A DNA stretch of 64,000 bases. Origin: Candidatus Latescibacterota bacterium. Lineage in GTDB: Bacteria; Latescibacterota; UBA2968. The translations under genes and the position numbers were made by a program. Under the pieces are notes generated by a model that saw nothing but the letters and a program-made list of their open reading frames with translations, did not search any database and was not told the DNA's origin. Below are positions 34,580-42,166 of the stretch, piece by piece (positions within the stretch are counted from its first letter, which is position 1; every line of letters starts with the position of its first letter). The stretch is from the NCBI GenBank assembly GCA_965205975.1, contig OZ242195.1:1696001-1760000 (forward strand), in the 5' to 3' direction.

Positions 34580-34630
34580 CTTTTTAGCGACTTGTTTAAA
34601 GTGGCTGCAATATGCCGCAAATCACCACTC
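34580..34630 (-). ncRNA. SAM-II (SAM-alpha-like) riboswitch aptamer
   Basis: GAGTGGTGATTTGCGGCATATTGCAGCCACTTTAAACAAGTCGCTAAAAAG matches the SAM-II pattern GTGGTGATTTG...TTGCAGCCAC..TAAACAAGTCGCTAAA; lies upstream of a Met synthesis gene. Confidence 0.85.
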
Positions 34631-34649
34631 GCCATAGCTGTATTTTGGG

Positions 34650-34678
34650 AATGTAACCAAAACCCTCAACCCTGTCAA
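34650..34678 (-). promoter_or_regulatory. Promoter of the metB leader
   Basis: TTGACA-17 bp-TACATT. Confidence 0.7.
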
Positions 34679-34733
34679 CTCCCGCATTGAGTATCTGATT
34701 TTATCTGCGTCCATCTGCGGATGCCTGTCAACT
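34671..34733. repeat. ATCTGCG mini-repeat element flanked by the 10-bp direct repeat cctgtcaact
   Basis: cctgtcaact at 34671-80 and 34724-33 enclosing ttatctgcgtccatctgcggatg. Confidence 0.7.
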
Positions 34734-36081
34734 ATCTGTTGGCTTCAATCCGGTCGAGAATCGCCTTTTTTACTGCATCGATTTCAGGGGGCAACACAAC
34801 GGGTTCATTGCGGTAATGCGGGCTTACCCCCCAATCCCGTAACTGATCCCGATGATATCCGAGCTTAAACTCACTAAACTTCAACCCGTGAGCCGTTGAA
34901 ATCACGATCACGCGATCGCTTTTCTGAATTACGCCCCTGTCAATCAACTTGAACAATACGGCGAAAGCCACCCCGGTGTGCGGGCATGCAAACAAGCCCG
35001 TACGGTCGGCACGCGCAGCCGCATCGGCCAATTCCTCCTCGCTGGCTTGTTCTACGACACCACCGAAGATTTTGAGCGTTTGAATCGCTTTTTCTCGACT
35101 CACCGGATTGCCGATCTGAATCGCACTGGCCAATGTCGGCTGTGCCTGAATCGGTTCAAAACTATCAAAATTCTTTTCAAAACTTCGGTAGAGAGGATTG
35201 GCCCTATCGGCCTGTGCAACCGCAATGCGCGGTAGTCGGTCAATTAGCCCAAGGGCTTCCATTTCGAGAAAGCCCTTGCCCAGCGCACTCACATTGCCCA
35301 GATTTCCGCCGGGAATCACAACCCAATCGGGCACTTCCCAATCAAATTGCTGCACCAATTCGATGCTGATTGTTTTTTGCCCCTCTACCCGCAGTGAATT
35401 CATCGAATTGGCCAAATAGATATTTTCCTCGCGGCAAATCTCCTGCACGAGCCTCATACATCCATCAAAGTCGGTCTCTAAACTCAGCACCAGCGCACCA
35501 TTGGCCAGGGGCTGCAAAAGTTGTGCAGTCGAAATCTTATCCCTCGGCAAAAAGACCACCGATTGTATGCCCGCCGCTGCACAATACGCAGCCAACGCCG
35601 CCGAGGTATCCCCAGTAGATGCACACGCAACCGCCGGAATACGCGTCCCTTCAAATAGCATCTGTTTCACCATGGATACCAGCACCGTCATGCCTAAATC
35701 TTTGAACGATCCCGTATGGCTGTTACCGCATTGCTTAACCCACAAATCCTCAACGCCAATTTCTCGCCCCAAACGCTCGGCCCAAAACAGATTACTACCC
35801 CCTTCGTACATCGACACCACATTGTTTTCGTGAACTACGGGGCAGACCAGTTCTTTTTTCCCCCATACAGAACTGCCATAAGGCCATGTGGTAGTCATAT
35901 AACGCTTATCAAATAACCCGCGCCAATAACTGCTCGACTTGCGTTTGAGCATCTCCATATCGTGCGCCACTTCGAGCAACCCTCCGCACGTTGGACACGC
36001 GTAAATCACATCCGTCAGCGCATATCGCCCTTCACACCCTTGAAAACACCGAAACCACGCATTATAAGTTGTATCGTCCAT
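34732..36081 (-). CDS. thrC: Threonine synthase, long plant-type
   Basis: [10 protein letters not shown] (PLP Lys), [40 protein letters not shown]-terminal CxxC motifs. Confidence 0.93.
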   Translation of the reverse strand: MDDTTYNAWFRCFQGCEGRYALTDVIYACPTCGGLLEVAHDMEMLKRKSSSYWRGLFDKRYMTTTWPYGSSVWGKKELVCPVVHENNVVSMYEGGSNLFWAERLGREIGVEDLWVKQCGNSHTGSFKDLGMTVLVSMVKQMLFEGTRIPAVACASTGDTSAALAAYCAAAGIQSVVFLPRDKISTAQLLQPLANGALVLSLETDFDGCMRLVQEICREENIYLANSMNSLRVEGQKTISIELVQQFDWEVPDWVVIPGGNLGNVSALGKGFLEMEALGLIDRLPRIAVAQADRANPLYRSFEKNFDSFEPIQAQPTLASAIQIGNPVSREKAIQTLKIFGGVVEQASEEELADAAARADRTGLFACPHTGVAFAVLFKLIDRGVIQKSDRVIVISTAHGLKFSEFKLGYHRDQLRDWGVSPHYRNEPVVLPPEIDAVKKAILDRIEANR

Positions 36082-36154
36082 ATTTTCGTTACGCCTTATG
36101 ACAAAACTCAGCACAAACGCACCAAACCCGCCAACACTTCCACATATCACAGAG

Positions 36155-36415
36155 TTATTCCAATGGAGCTATTTTGCCGGGATCCTCTAAATCTTGTACT
36201 CGTTCCCAGGCTACCCGCAATTCCGCTTGATGCAAAGACGCCCAGCGAAGTACAAGCCTTTGTTCTCTTGTCGGCAAGAATCCTTTTAGTACTTCAAGAG
36301 TTTCAATTCCAATAACTGCCTGATTACCACCATACAGTGCGTGAAAATGCGCTGGTGGATGTTCTCTAAAATGAATTTGGATGATAATTCCGTAAAAGCG
36401 ACAAAGTTCAGGCAT
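36155..36415 (-). CDS. DUF4160-family protein (putative TA component)
   Basis: [12 protein letters not shown]...[10 protein letters not shown]...WA.LHQ.EL...W...KIAPL. Confidence 0.85.
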   Translation of the reverse strand: MPELCRFYGIIIQIHFREHPPAHFHALYGGNQAVIGIETLEVLKGFLPTREQRLVLRWASLHQAELRVAWERVQDLEDPGKIAPLE

Positions 36416-36692
36416 TCTCAATCGCAACTTGTGCGCCTGGCATCACTTCGTCCACAGACTTACCCGTGAGTTCCATATATAGCGCGTCAGAACAAATATC
36501 CAGATCATCGCCCCAAGCTATTGCATCCCCTTCTGCCACGCGCACAGTCTCAAAGAATGTGCGGTCATTCCAGGCTACAAACACGCCGCGTCCAGCCATA
36601 TCCGATAAGTCTATCTCGCCCGCGACCCCATCCGAATAGCGCACCCAAATACAGTAACCATCACGCGGTTCCACTGCAATTGGTCGTATCAT
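36408..36692 (-). CDS. DUF2442-family protein (putative antitoxin)
   Basis: VRYSDG..GEIDL...GVF...FF..VRV...IAW...DICSDALY. Confidence 0.85.
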   Translation of the reverse strand: MIRPIAVEPRDGYCIWVRYSDGVAGEIDLSDMAGRGVFVAWNDRTFFETVRVAEGDAIAWGDDLDICSDALYMELTGKSVDEVMPGAQVAIENA

Positions 36693-36763
36693 TGCACTTC
36701 TCCTTTTGTTACTGTTTCGTCTATAATTATCGCCATAATCACAGATGTATCGGCCACCATCAT
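36689..36763 (-). pseudogene. Truncated VapC (PIN) N-terminus
   Basis: MMVADTSVIMAIIIDE.. (PIN first strand, DTS), ATGA-coupled to the upstream antitoxin, stops after 24 aa. Confidence 0.7.
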
Positions 36764-37053
36764 TTCGGCAGACCCTGATCATGGTATAGCTCATCCTGCC
36801 AGACTTTGGATGGTGGATTTTCGTCGTCATACGGATGTCGAGCGCGGTTCCGACGGCCCACTTCGGTCCAATACGCCATTTCTGCCGCTATTTCCTCTGG
36901 CGTCATCTTCCGGCATACTGGAGCCGTTTGGGCTTCCAGATCGTCCAGTGCCTTATGAAGCACCTGCTCCACTGCGTCCGGACCAGCAAAGCCCAGCCGC
37001 TTTGCTAAATCAGCTATGCGAGTTTCTGTTTCCGGCTTGAGCGTTGTAGCCAT
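36760..37053 (-). CDS. VapB antitoxin, Rv0623-like
   Basis: LKPETETRIADLAKRLG N-terminus and DELYHDQGLPK C-terminus. Confidence 0.75.
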   Translation of the reverse strand: MATTLKPETETRIADLAKRLGFAGPDAVEQVLHKALDDLEAQTAPVCRKMTPEEIAAEMAYWTEVGRRNRARHPYDDENPPSKVWQDELYHDQGLPK

Positions 37054-37126
37054 GTTGTTCTCCTTGTCTCCAGAGTTGCAACAGGGTCAGTTGATCAATT
37101 CGAAAAAATAAAGCAGAGGGGAGACA

Positions 37127-37378
37127 TCACGCCAAATCCTTTTGATCAAATCTATGCCACATTTCTTTTCGGACTTCGGCTATGTCTCGATCGGTTATTG
37201 GCTTCATCTGATCCCATAAGCCTTCGGGATTTAAGAGCTTGCCTTGATCAAACTCTGACGAATCCAGTGCGTTTTCCATAGAGGCTGAACCGTCTTTCTG
37301 CATGATAATCAATTTCTCCTCATTGGCCGCTTCTTTGACCAATGCTGCAAGACAGATTTTTGCTTCTGTCTCAATATG
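37127..37378 (-). pseudogene. Chimeric antitoxin remnant (Phd-like N-part plus DIAEVRKEMW-type C-part)
   Basis: EAKICLAALVKEAANEEKLII with no clear start, joined to GLWDQM..ITDRDIAEVRKEMW. Confidence 0.55.
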
Positions 37379-37381
37379 CCT

Positions 37382-37570
37382 CTACTCGTCTGAAGTTGTG
37401 ATAGCTGTTACAACAGCCGGACGGGATGGATACTGCACATATTTACGACCAGATGATTTTTGTTTTTTCTTGATATCGCGGAATATCTCTTTGAGATCGT
37501 AGCCAAACTGAGCAGCGTGTTTGTCGCGTACTGCTCGGACTTCCGAAACAATGGGATCATTCGTCGTCAT
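37382..37570 (-). CDS. Small putative antitoxin (DPIV..VR..RD.HAA.FGYDL family)
   Basis: MTTNDPIVSEVRAVRDKHAAQFGYDLKEIFRD; a family I recall occurring downstream of PIN genes. Confidence 0.65.
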   Translation of the reverse strand: MTTNDPIVSEVRAVRDKHAAQFGYDLKEIFRDIKKKQKSSGRKYVQYPSRPAVVTAITTSDE

Positions 37571-37710
37571 GATCGCGCTCCATGAGTTCGTCAGATGTGC
37601 AGATGATCGCGGGTTCAAATCCCGCATTCCGACATACAGTTTCGATTTGTGATCGGATCGTCGCATTGGCGATATATGGACGCATCGACACTACAGATTC
37701 CTGGCACCGG
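37557..37710 (-). pseudogene. PIN toxin remnant (C-terminal part only)
   Basis: IANATIRSQIETVCRNAGFEPAIICTSDEL* resembles the PIN C-terminus HIANA...ICTPEEL; preceded only by a few codons (ESVVS) overlapping the UPF0175 stop. Confidence 0.65.
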
Positions 37711-37951
37711 AAATATCCTTTGCCAATTCTTCTGCAGTAAGATTGATAGGGGATACTTGGTAGGATTCTAAGGCATCTAAAAACACAACGCGCTCCATGC
37801 CCGCAAACCGAGCCGCCTGCCCCGATGACAAACGTCCGAGTTCAAACAGTTTGACAGCGATGAGCATTCGGCCTTGTTCGGCGAATTGTTCAGGCGTTTC
37901 ACTGAGGATTTGCAAAATGTCATCTGGACATTCAAATGTGACTTTTAACAT
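37691..37951 (-). CDS. UPF0175-family putative antitoxin
   Basis: AVKLFELGRLSSGQAARFAGMERVVFL...EELAKD. Confidence 0.85.
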   Translation of the reverse strand: MLKVTFECPDDILQILSETPEQFAEQGRMLIAVKLFELGRLSSGQAARFAGMERVVFLDALESYQVSPINLTAEELAKDISGARNL

Positions 37952-38015
37952 GCACGCCCCGTTCTATCCATAACCGAGTGGTTAGAACTGCATGATTTCC
38001 TCAATCAAGAGGAAA

Positions 38016-38432
38016 TCATGGTTCGACTCTTTGGACATGTTCAACGCGGTCAAATTCTTTATCAAAGGTATATAGTTCACTTGATCCAGCACGTTTCATT
38101 TGTATGGCAATATAGGCATCTGTAAAACTGATATTCTTTTCAGCATACAGAGAAAGTGCTTCAAGAAAGATATTTTTATCTGATATTTTGAGACTTTTGA
38201 GTTTGAGAATTGATGACATTTTGGAGGCGACATTGCTTTTTGAAAGTTTGTAGAACCGTTCTAATGTCCATACAATTTCGGCAGCCGCGAGAATTGACAA
38301 TTCTACTGTTTCCCTGCCATTTTGAATGCGTTGCATAAGCATTGAGGCTTTATCGGCCTGTTCAGGTAGATCGTTAGTGAGAAAGCGAAGTAAGATATTT
38401 GTATCGACAAATCTATGATTTGAGGGCGACAT
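38016..38432 (-). CDS. vapC: VapC PIN-domain toxin
   Basis: FVDTNILLRFL, AEIVWTL, SFTDAYI, TFDKEF; intact acidic residues. Confidence 0.9.
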   Translation of the reverse strand: MSPSNHRFVDTNILLRFLTNDLPEQADKASMLMQRIQNGRETVELSILAAAEIVWTLERFYKLSKSNVASKMSSILKLKSLKISDKNIFLEALSLYAEKNISFTDAYIAIQMKRAGSSELYTFDKEFDRVEHVQRVEP

Positions 38433-38658
38433 GTTCAGCGACCCTCTTTTCAACTTCAATTTCAATCGCATCAAAGTCCTGCGGGCCATCAACCGGAACG
38501 CTGCCTCTAAGTGCCATAACATCATCTTCAACCGGAATAAGTTCAGCGCGACCATTTTTGACGACAACAGAGACGATGGAGCCTTTATTCAGGTTGAGTT
38601 GGTTTCTCACTTCACGAGGAATAGTGATCTGTCCTCTTGATGTCACACGTACATACAT
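38413..38658 (-). CDS. vapB: AbrB/MazE-type antitoxin
   Basis: VTSRGQITIPREVRNQLNL; overlaps vapC. Confidence 0.9.
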   Translation of the reverse strand: MYVRVTSRGQITIPREVRNQLNLNKGSIVSVVVKNGRAELIPVEDDVMALRGSVPVDGPQDFDAIEIEVEKRVAEHVALKS

Positions 38659-38680
38659 GATCGTTCTCCTGTTTTTTTAA

Positions 38681-38726
38681 GTTATCTTGATAACCCAAAA
38701 ATGTCGCAATGATGTGCTTTTGTCAA
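38681..38726 (-). promoter_or_regulatory. TA-array promoter with operator palindrome
   Basis: TTGACA-17 bp-CATTTT followed by GTTATC-AA-GATAAC. Confidence 0.55.
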
Positions 38727-38758
38727 CCGCATTTCAAAATATCTCGCGGTGCATATCA

Positions 38759-40888
38759 TCAAGCATTTTCAAATAATCCCATAAGTTCTTTATCTATCAA
38801 TCCAATATCTTCTGGGAATTTATTTTTGATTATCCGAATAATTCGACCACTCTCGACATGTTCAATAAACTCTGAAACTGAGGAAAACCCTAAATCTCTC
38901 GCACATCGGGCAGAAACAGTCCCGTACGTGACTTCCAGTTTTTCAGCTATCGAATGGAAAGCCTCTGTATGACTTTTATCATTTCTCATCAGTCGAATAA
39001 CTGGTATGAGATAATCTTGAAGATGATCATAAGGACCATTACCCCCGTTGTTATCTGAGTTACCATCAATATCACCATTGTCGTCAGGTAATAGGTCAGC
39101 AGCTTGCGCTTCGCACTGCAACAGATGCATTACTTTGTTGCGTGCGCTGTTGAATATCGTCTGTTTATCAATTGGCCGATTTTCCAATTCGGTCAACTCT
39201 TTTTTCCACTCGGCCAGTTTTGACTTGAGATCATTTTCCCAATCGTTAAACATACGCCACTTCTGAAGATTGCTGGCTGGACGTTCGCCAATGGGAAGGT
39301 CTTCAAGATAGCTTTCAAATAGGTGCTCTAACTCAACCTCATTAGCCAATTCCGCCTTGCGTTGTCCAATAAGCTGATTCAGTTCATTGCGTCGCTCATC
39401 AGCAGCTCCCATAACACCCTGCCGTTCTGCTTCCAGTAACTCTTTGAGCAGAGCAGACAGGCGGTTGGAAAGATCGGCTTCAATCGGGGGGTATCCAGTC
39501 ATATCGTCCTCCGGGTCATAAGAATCAATCAATTCATCCAGTGGTTCTGTAACAGGCAAATGCGCCTGTATATGAGCATCGATATGGCACAGGTCGCACA
39601 CCAACTGATGGGCGTCTCCGCAGACGTTCTCAAATCGCCAGCGTTTCAATGACCGCCATTTGCCACAACGCCCACAGTCTTTGCCAAAAGCGTAGCCACA
39701 ATTTTGGCAATGGTGACTGGCGGCAGGAGATACAGTTTCGCATATCGGACACCAGACAACCGGTGCCTCCCCTGGAGGTTGTTCTGCACGCGGTTTCAGA
39801 GACCATACCCGTTTTTCTTCGGGCAATCCGTGCGTCACTGAATTGGCGGCCAAATCCAGAATCAAACAGTTGCTGTCTTTTGGTCGCAAACCGCGCCCTA
39901 CCATCTGCAAATACAGAGCCAAACTCATCGTAGGCCGGGCAATTGCGATGCAGGATCCGTCGGGCAAGTCAAACCCCTCGGTCGCGACAACGACATTGAC
40001 CAGCACTTTGATCGTCCCATCTCTGAAACCTTCTATCGCTTTATCCCGTTCCTCACGCTTGCTATCGCCGAGAATAACCGCAGCCGGTATGCCAGCCTCC
40101 TGAAATACGTTGGTCAAATTACGGGCGTGATTCACGGAAACGGCGTAGGCAATGGTTGACCTGCCCTCAGCATGCTTTTTCCAGAATGCCAGTACCCCTG
40201 CTGTCATCACATTCGGATGACTCTGATTCGCCTGTTCAATGCCCGATTCAGTGTAATCTCCCGTGAGGTCAATCTCGCCACCTCTGATGCGCTGTTCCAA
40301 GGGTGGGAGCAGTGTTTGGGCATCGCACAGCCACTTATCGCCCTGCAAATCGGCGACTTGCGGTCCGCAGCGCAACGTGTCAAATAGGTGGTCAAATCCC
40401 TCCTTTTTCGACAATCTCCATGGTGTAGCGGTCATCCCTAAAATGTGACCGGGCCACTGCACCATCGCACGCTCCCACCCCTCTGCTGCAGCGTGATGCG
40501 CTTCGTCAATCACCATCAAATCATCGGCGTTATACCTGTTCCAAATTTCCTTTTTGGCGGTGCGCCGCCCCACGGTCTGAGCCATCAAAATAACTGTGCC
40601 CTGACTCATCGCAGGCGCATCGGTTCCCGGCGTCCAGTTCACATCCGTCATTGCCGAAATGTGGGCATCGGTCAACATCTTGCACGTCTGATCGGCCAAT
40701 TCTTTGCGATGGGTCAGCCAAACCGCCTTGCGTCCGCCCGTGAGCCAATCAGCCAGCAGTGCCCCCGCAATAATAGTCTTGCCACCGCCAGTAGGCAACT
40801 GCATCATCACCCGCGCTTTGGCATTGGCATCTAAAGCATCTTTGACCTGCTTCAACAGGTCTTGTTGGTATGGACGCAGTTTAATCAT
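38759..40888 (-). CDS. SF2 DEAH helicase with Zn ribbons, coiled coil and C-terminal helical domain
   Basis: LRPYQ, LPTGGGKT, IDEAHH, MTATP, TEGFD, QMVGRGLR; CPIC, CQNC, CGRC, CDLC. Confidence 0.9.
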   Translation of the reverse strand: MIKLRPYQQDLLKQVKDALDANAKARVMMQLPTGGGKTIIAGALLADWLTGGRKAVWLTHRKELADQTCKMLTDAHISAMTDVNWTPGTDAPAMSQGTVILMAQTVGRRTAKKEIWNRYNADDLMVIDEAHHAAAEGWERAMVQWPGHILGMTATPWRLSKKEGFDHLFDTLRCGPQVADLQGDKWLCDAQTLLPPLEQRIRGGEIDLTGDYTESGIEQANQSHPNVMTAGVLAFWKKHAEGRSTIAYAVSVNHARNLTNVFQEAGIPAAVILGDSKREERDKAIEGFRDGTIKVLVNVVVATEGFDLPDGSCIAIARPTMSLALYLQMVGRGLRPKDSNCLILDLAANSVTHGLPEEKRVWSLKPRAEQPPGEAPVVWCPICETVSPAASHHCQNCGYAFGKDCGRCGKWRSLKRWRFENVCGDAHQLVCDLCHIDAHIQAHLPVTEPLDELIDSYDPEDDMTGYPPIEADLSNRLSALLKELLEAERQGVMGAADERRNELNQLIGQRKAELANEVELEHLFESYLEDLPIGERPASNLQKWRMFNDWENDLKSKLAEWKKELTELENRPIDKQTIFNSARNKVMHLLQCEAQAADLLPDDNGDIDGNSDNNGGNGPYDHLQDYLIPVIRLMRNDKSHTEAFHSIAEKLEVTYGTVSARCARDLGFSSVSEFIEHVESGRIIRIIKNKFPEDIGLIDKELMGLFENA

Positions 40889-40936
40889 AACGGTCTAAAT
40901 ATCTCCAGAGTTGTCACTGAGCATTCGCTTTCTACA

Positions 40937-42100
40937 TCACTCAGAGGCATTGAATACCTTCATCACTTCCCGAATATGTGGGGTCTGATCTCTATGCGGA
41001 AAGACACAAGGGCGATCAAGCAATGTCGCTTGCACGAGTTGTTCAATTTCCTCTGTGCGTCGGCAGTCCAGTGCAATAACCTTACCGAAGCAACACTTCT
41101 CGCTCAACCGTGCGGGCAACACGGCGTCATAAGGGAGCGGTGGTCCGATTTTATTTACCAACAACTCCATCGTCTGCGCGAGACGCTTTGCGATCTTCGG
41201 CTGACAGATAAAATCCGGGAAGCCAGTATCGGCCAGCGAGAAGTCCACTACGAGTACGCGAAGATAATCCAGGTTAGGTTTCCCACACTGACGTTTCTCC
41301 AACTTGTCGAGCAATTTTCGTCCCCATTCGCTCTCAGCAGTATCCTCTGGTTCGCCTATTGTAAAAAACAACTTGCTATCAGTTGATTGGGAATAACTAA
41401 AACAAACAGAACGATTTTTTGAATTATCGCAAACTTCCTGAAGCGTTGCTAAGAACCAGATTCCCTCAGTCGGACCTGCGAATTGCCGTTGATGGCCTAC
41501 CTCTGCATTCTGTAACCATTTTGCCGCTTCTGATTGCAGACGGGTAAGCCAGCGTCGAACGCTTTTTTCGTAACCAACTTCGTACGCATAAAACCCATCC
41601 ATAGCTTTTGAGGTTTTGAGTTGTAGTTCAATTTCGAATCCCCTGTCTATGTCCAGATACTTAAAAATCGAGGAGATAAGCCGCTTCATGAGTTGAAATC
41701 CAAAGAAATCAACTGGGCTATACAACTCAATGTATGCACTCAACCCACTGGCAGTCAGATCTATGTCATAGCGTTTCGACCGAGATCGTGCTGGGACCGC
41801 CCTCGCCTGCGCTTCTGGAACATTCTGGAGATGCACGAGAAGGAAAAACTCTCTCAGTGCCTGATCAAACTGGATCGGATCGGTTTGTTGCACGACTCGT
41901 TTGCCTATAGTGCCTGACGACGGCAGGTGTTTGTTCAGCAATATGAGTAATTGTTCAAGGTGTTCGTAGTGCGTATTGCCGAGCACACGGACGATCTCAA
42001 GTTCGCTTCGGCCTGAATACGGTATATTAAACACTCTGTCGATTTCAGGAAAACGCTGTATCATATCATGAACGTTTTGAGTGATTGGATAGCTTAACAT
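40937..42100 (-). CDS. Hypothetical protein, possible PD-(D/E)xK-like nuclease
   Basis: 387 aa ORF; LREFF...KRYDIDL...YIELYSP and K..Q...RVLVVD pattern. Confidence 0.5.
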   Translation of the reverse strand: MLSYPITQNVHDMIQRFPEIDRVFNIPYSGRSELEIVRVLGNTHYEHLEQLLILLNKHLPSSGTIGKRVVQQTDPIQFDQALREFFLLVHLQNVPEAQARAVPARSRSKRYDIDLTASGLSAYIELYSPVDFFGFQLMKRLISSIFKYLDIDRGFEIELQLKTSKAMDGFYAYEVGYEKSVRRWLTRLQSEAAKWLQNAEVGHQRQFAGPTEGIWFLATLQEVCDNSKNRSVCFSYSQSTDSKLFFTIGEPEDTAESEWGRKLLDKLEKRQCGKPNLDYLRVLVVDFSLADTGFPDFICQPKIAKRLAQTMELLVNKIGPPLPYDAVLPARLSEKCCFGKVIALDCRRTEEIEQLVQATLLDRPCVFPHRDQTPHIREVMKVFNASE

Positions 42101-42166
42101 TTCTTGACCTCTACGGATATAAACCTATAAATGTGAATAATTTCAGACATCACCAAAAAACGCGAT

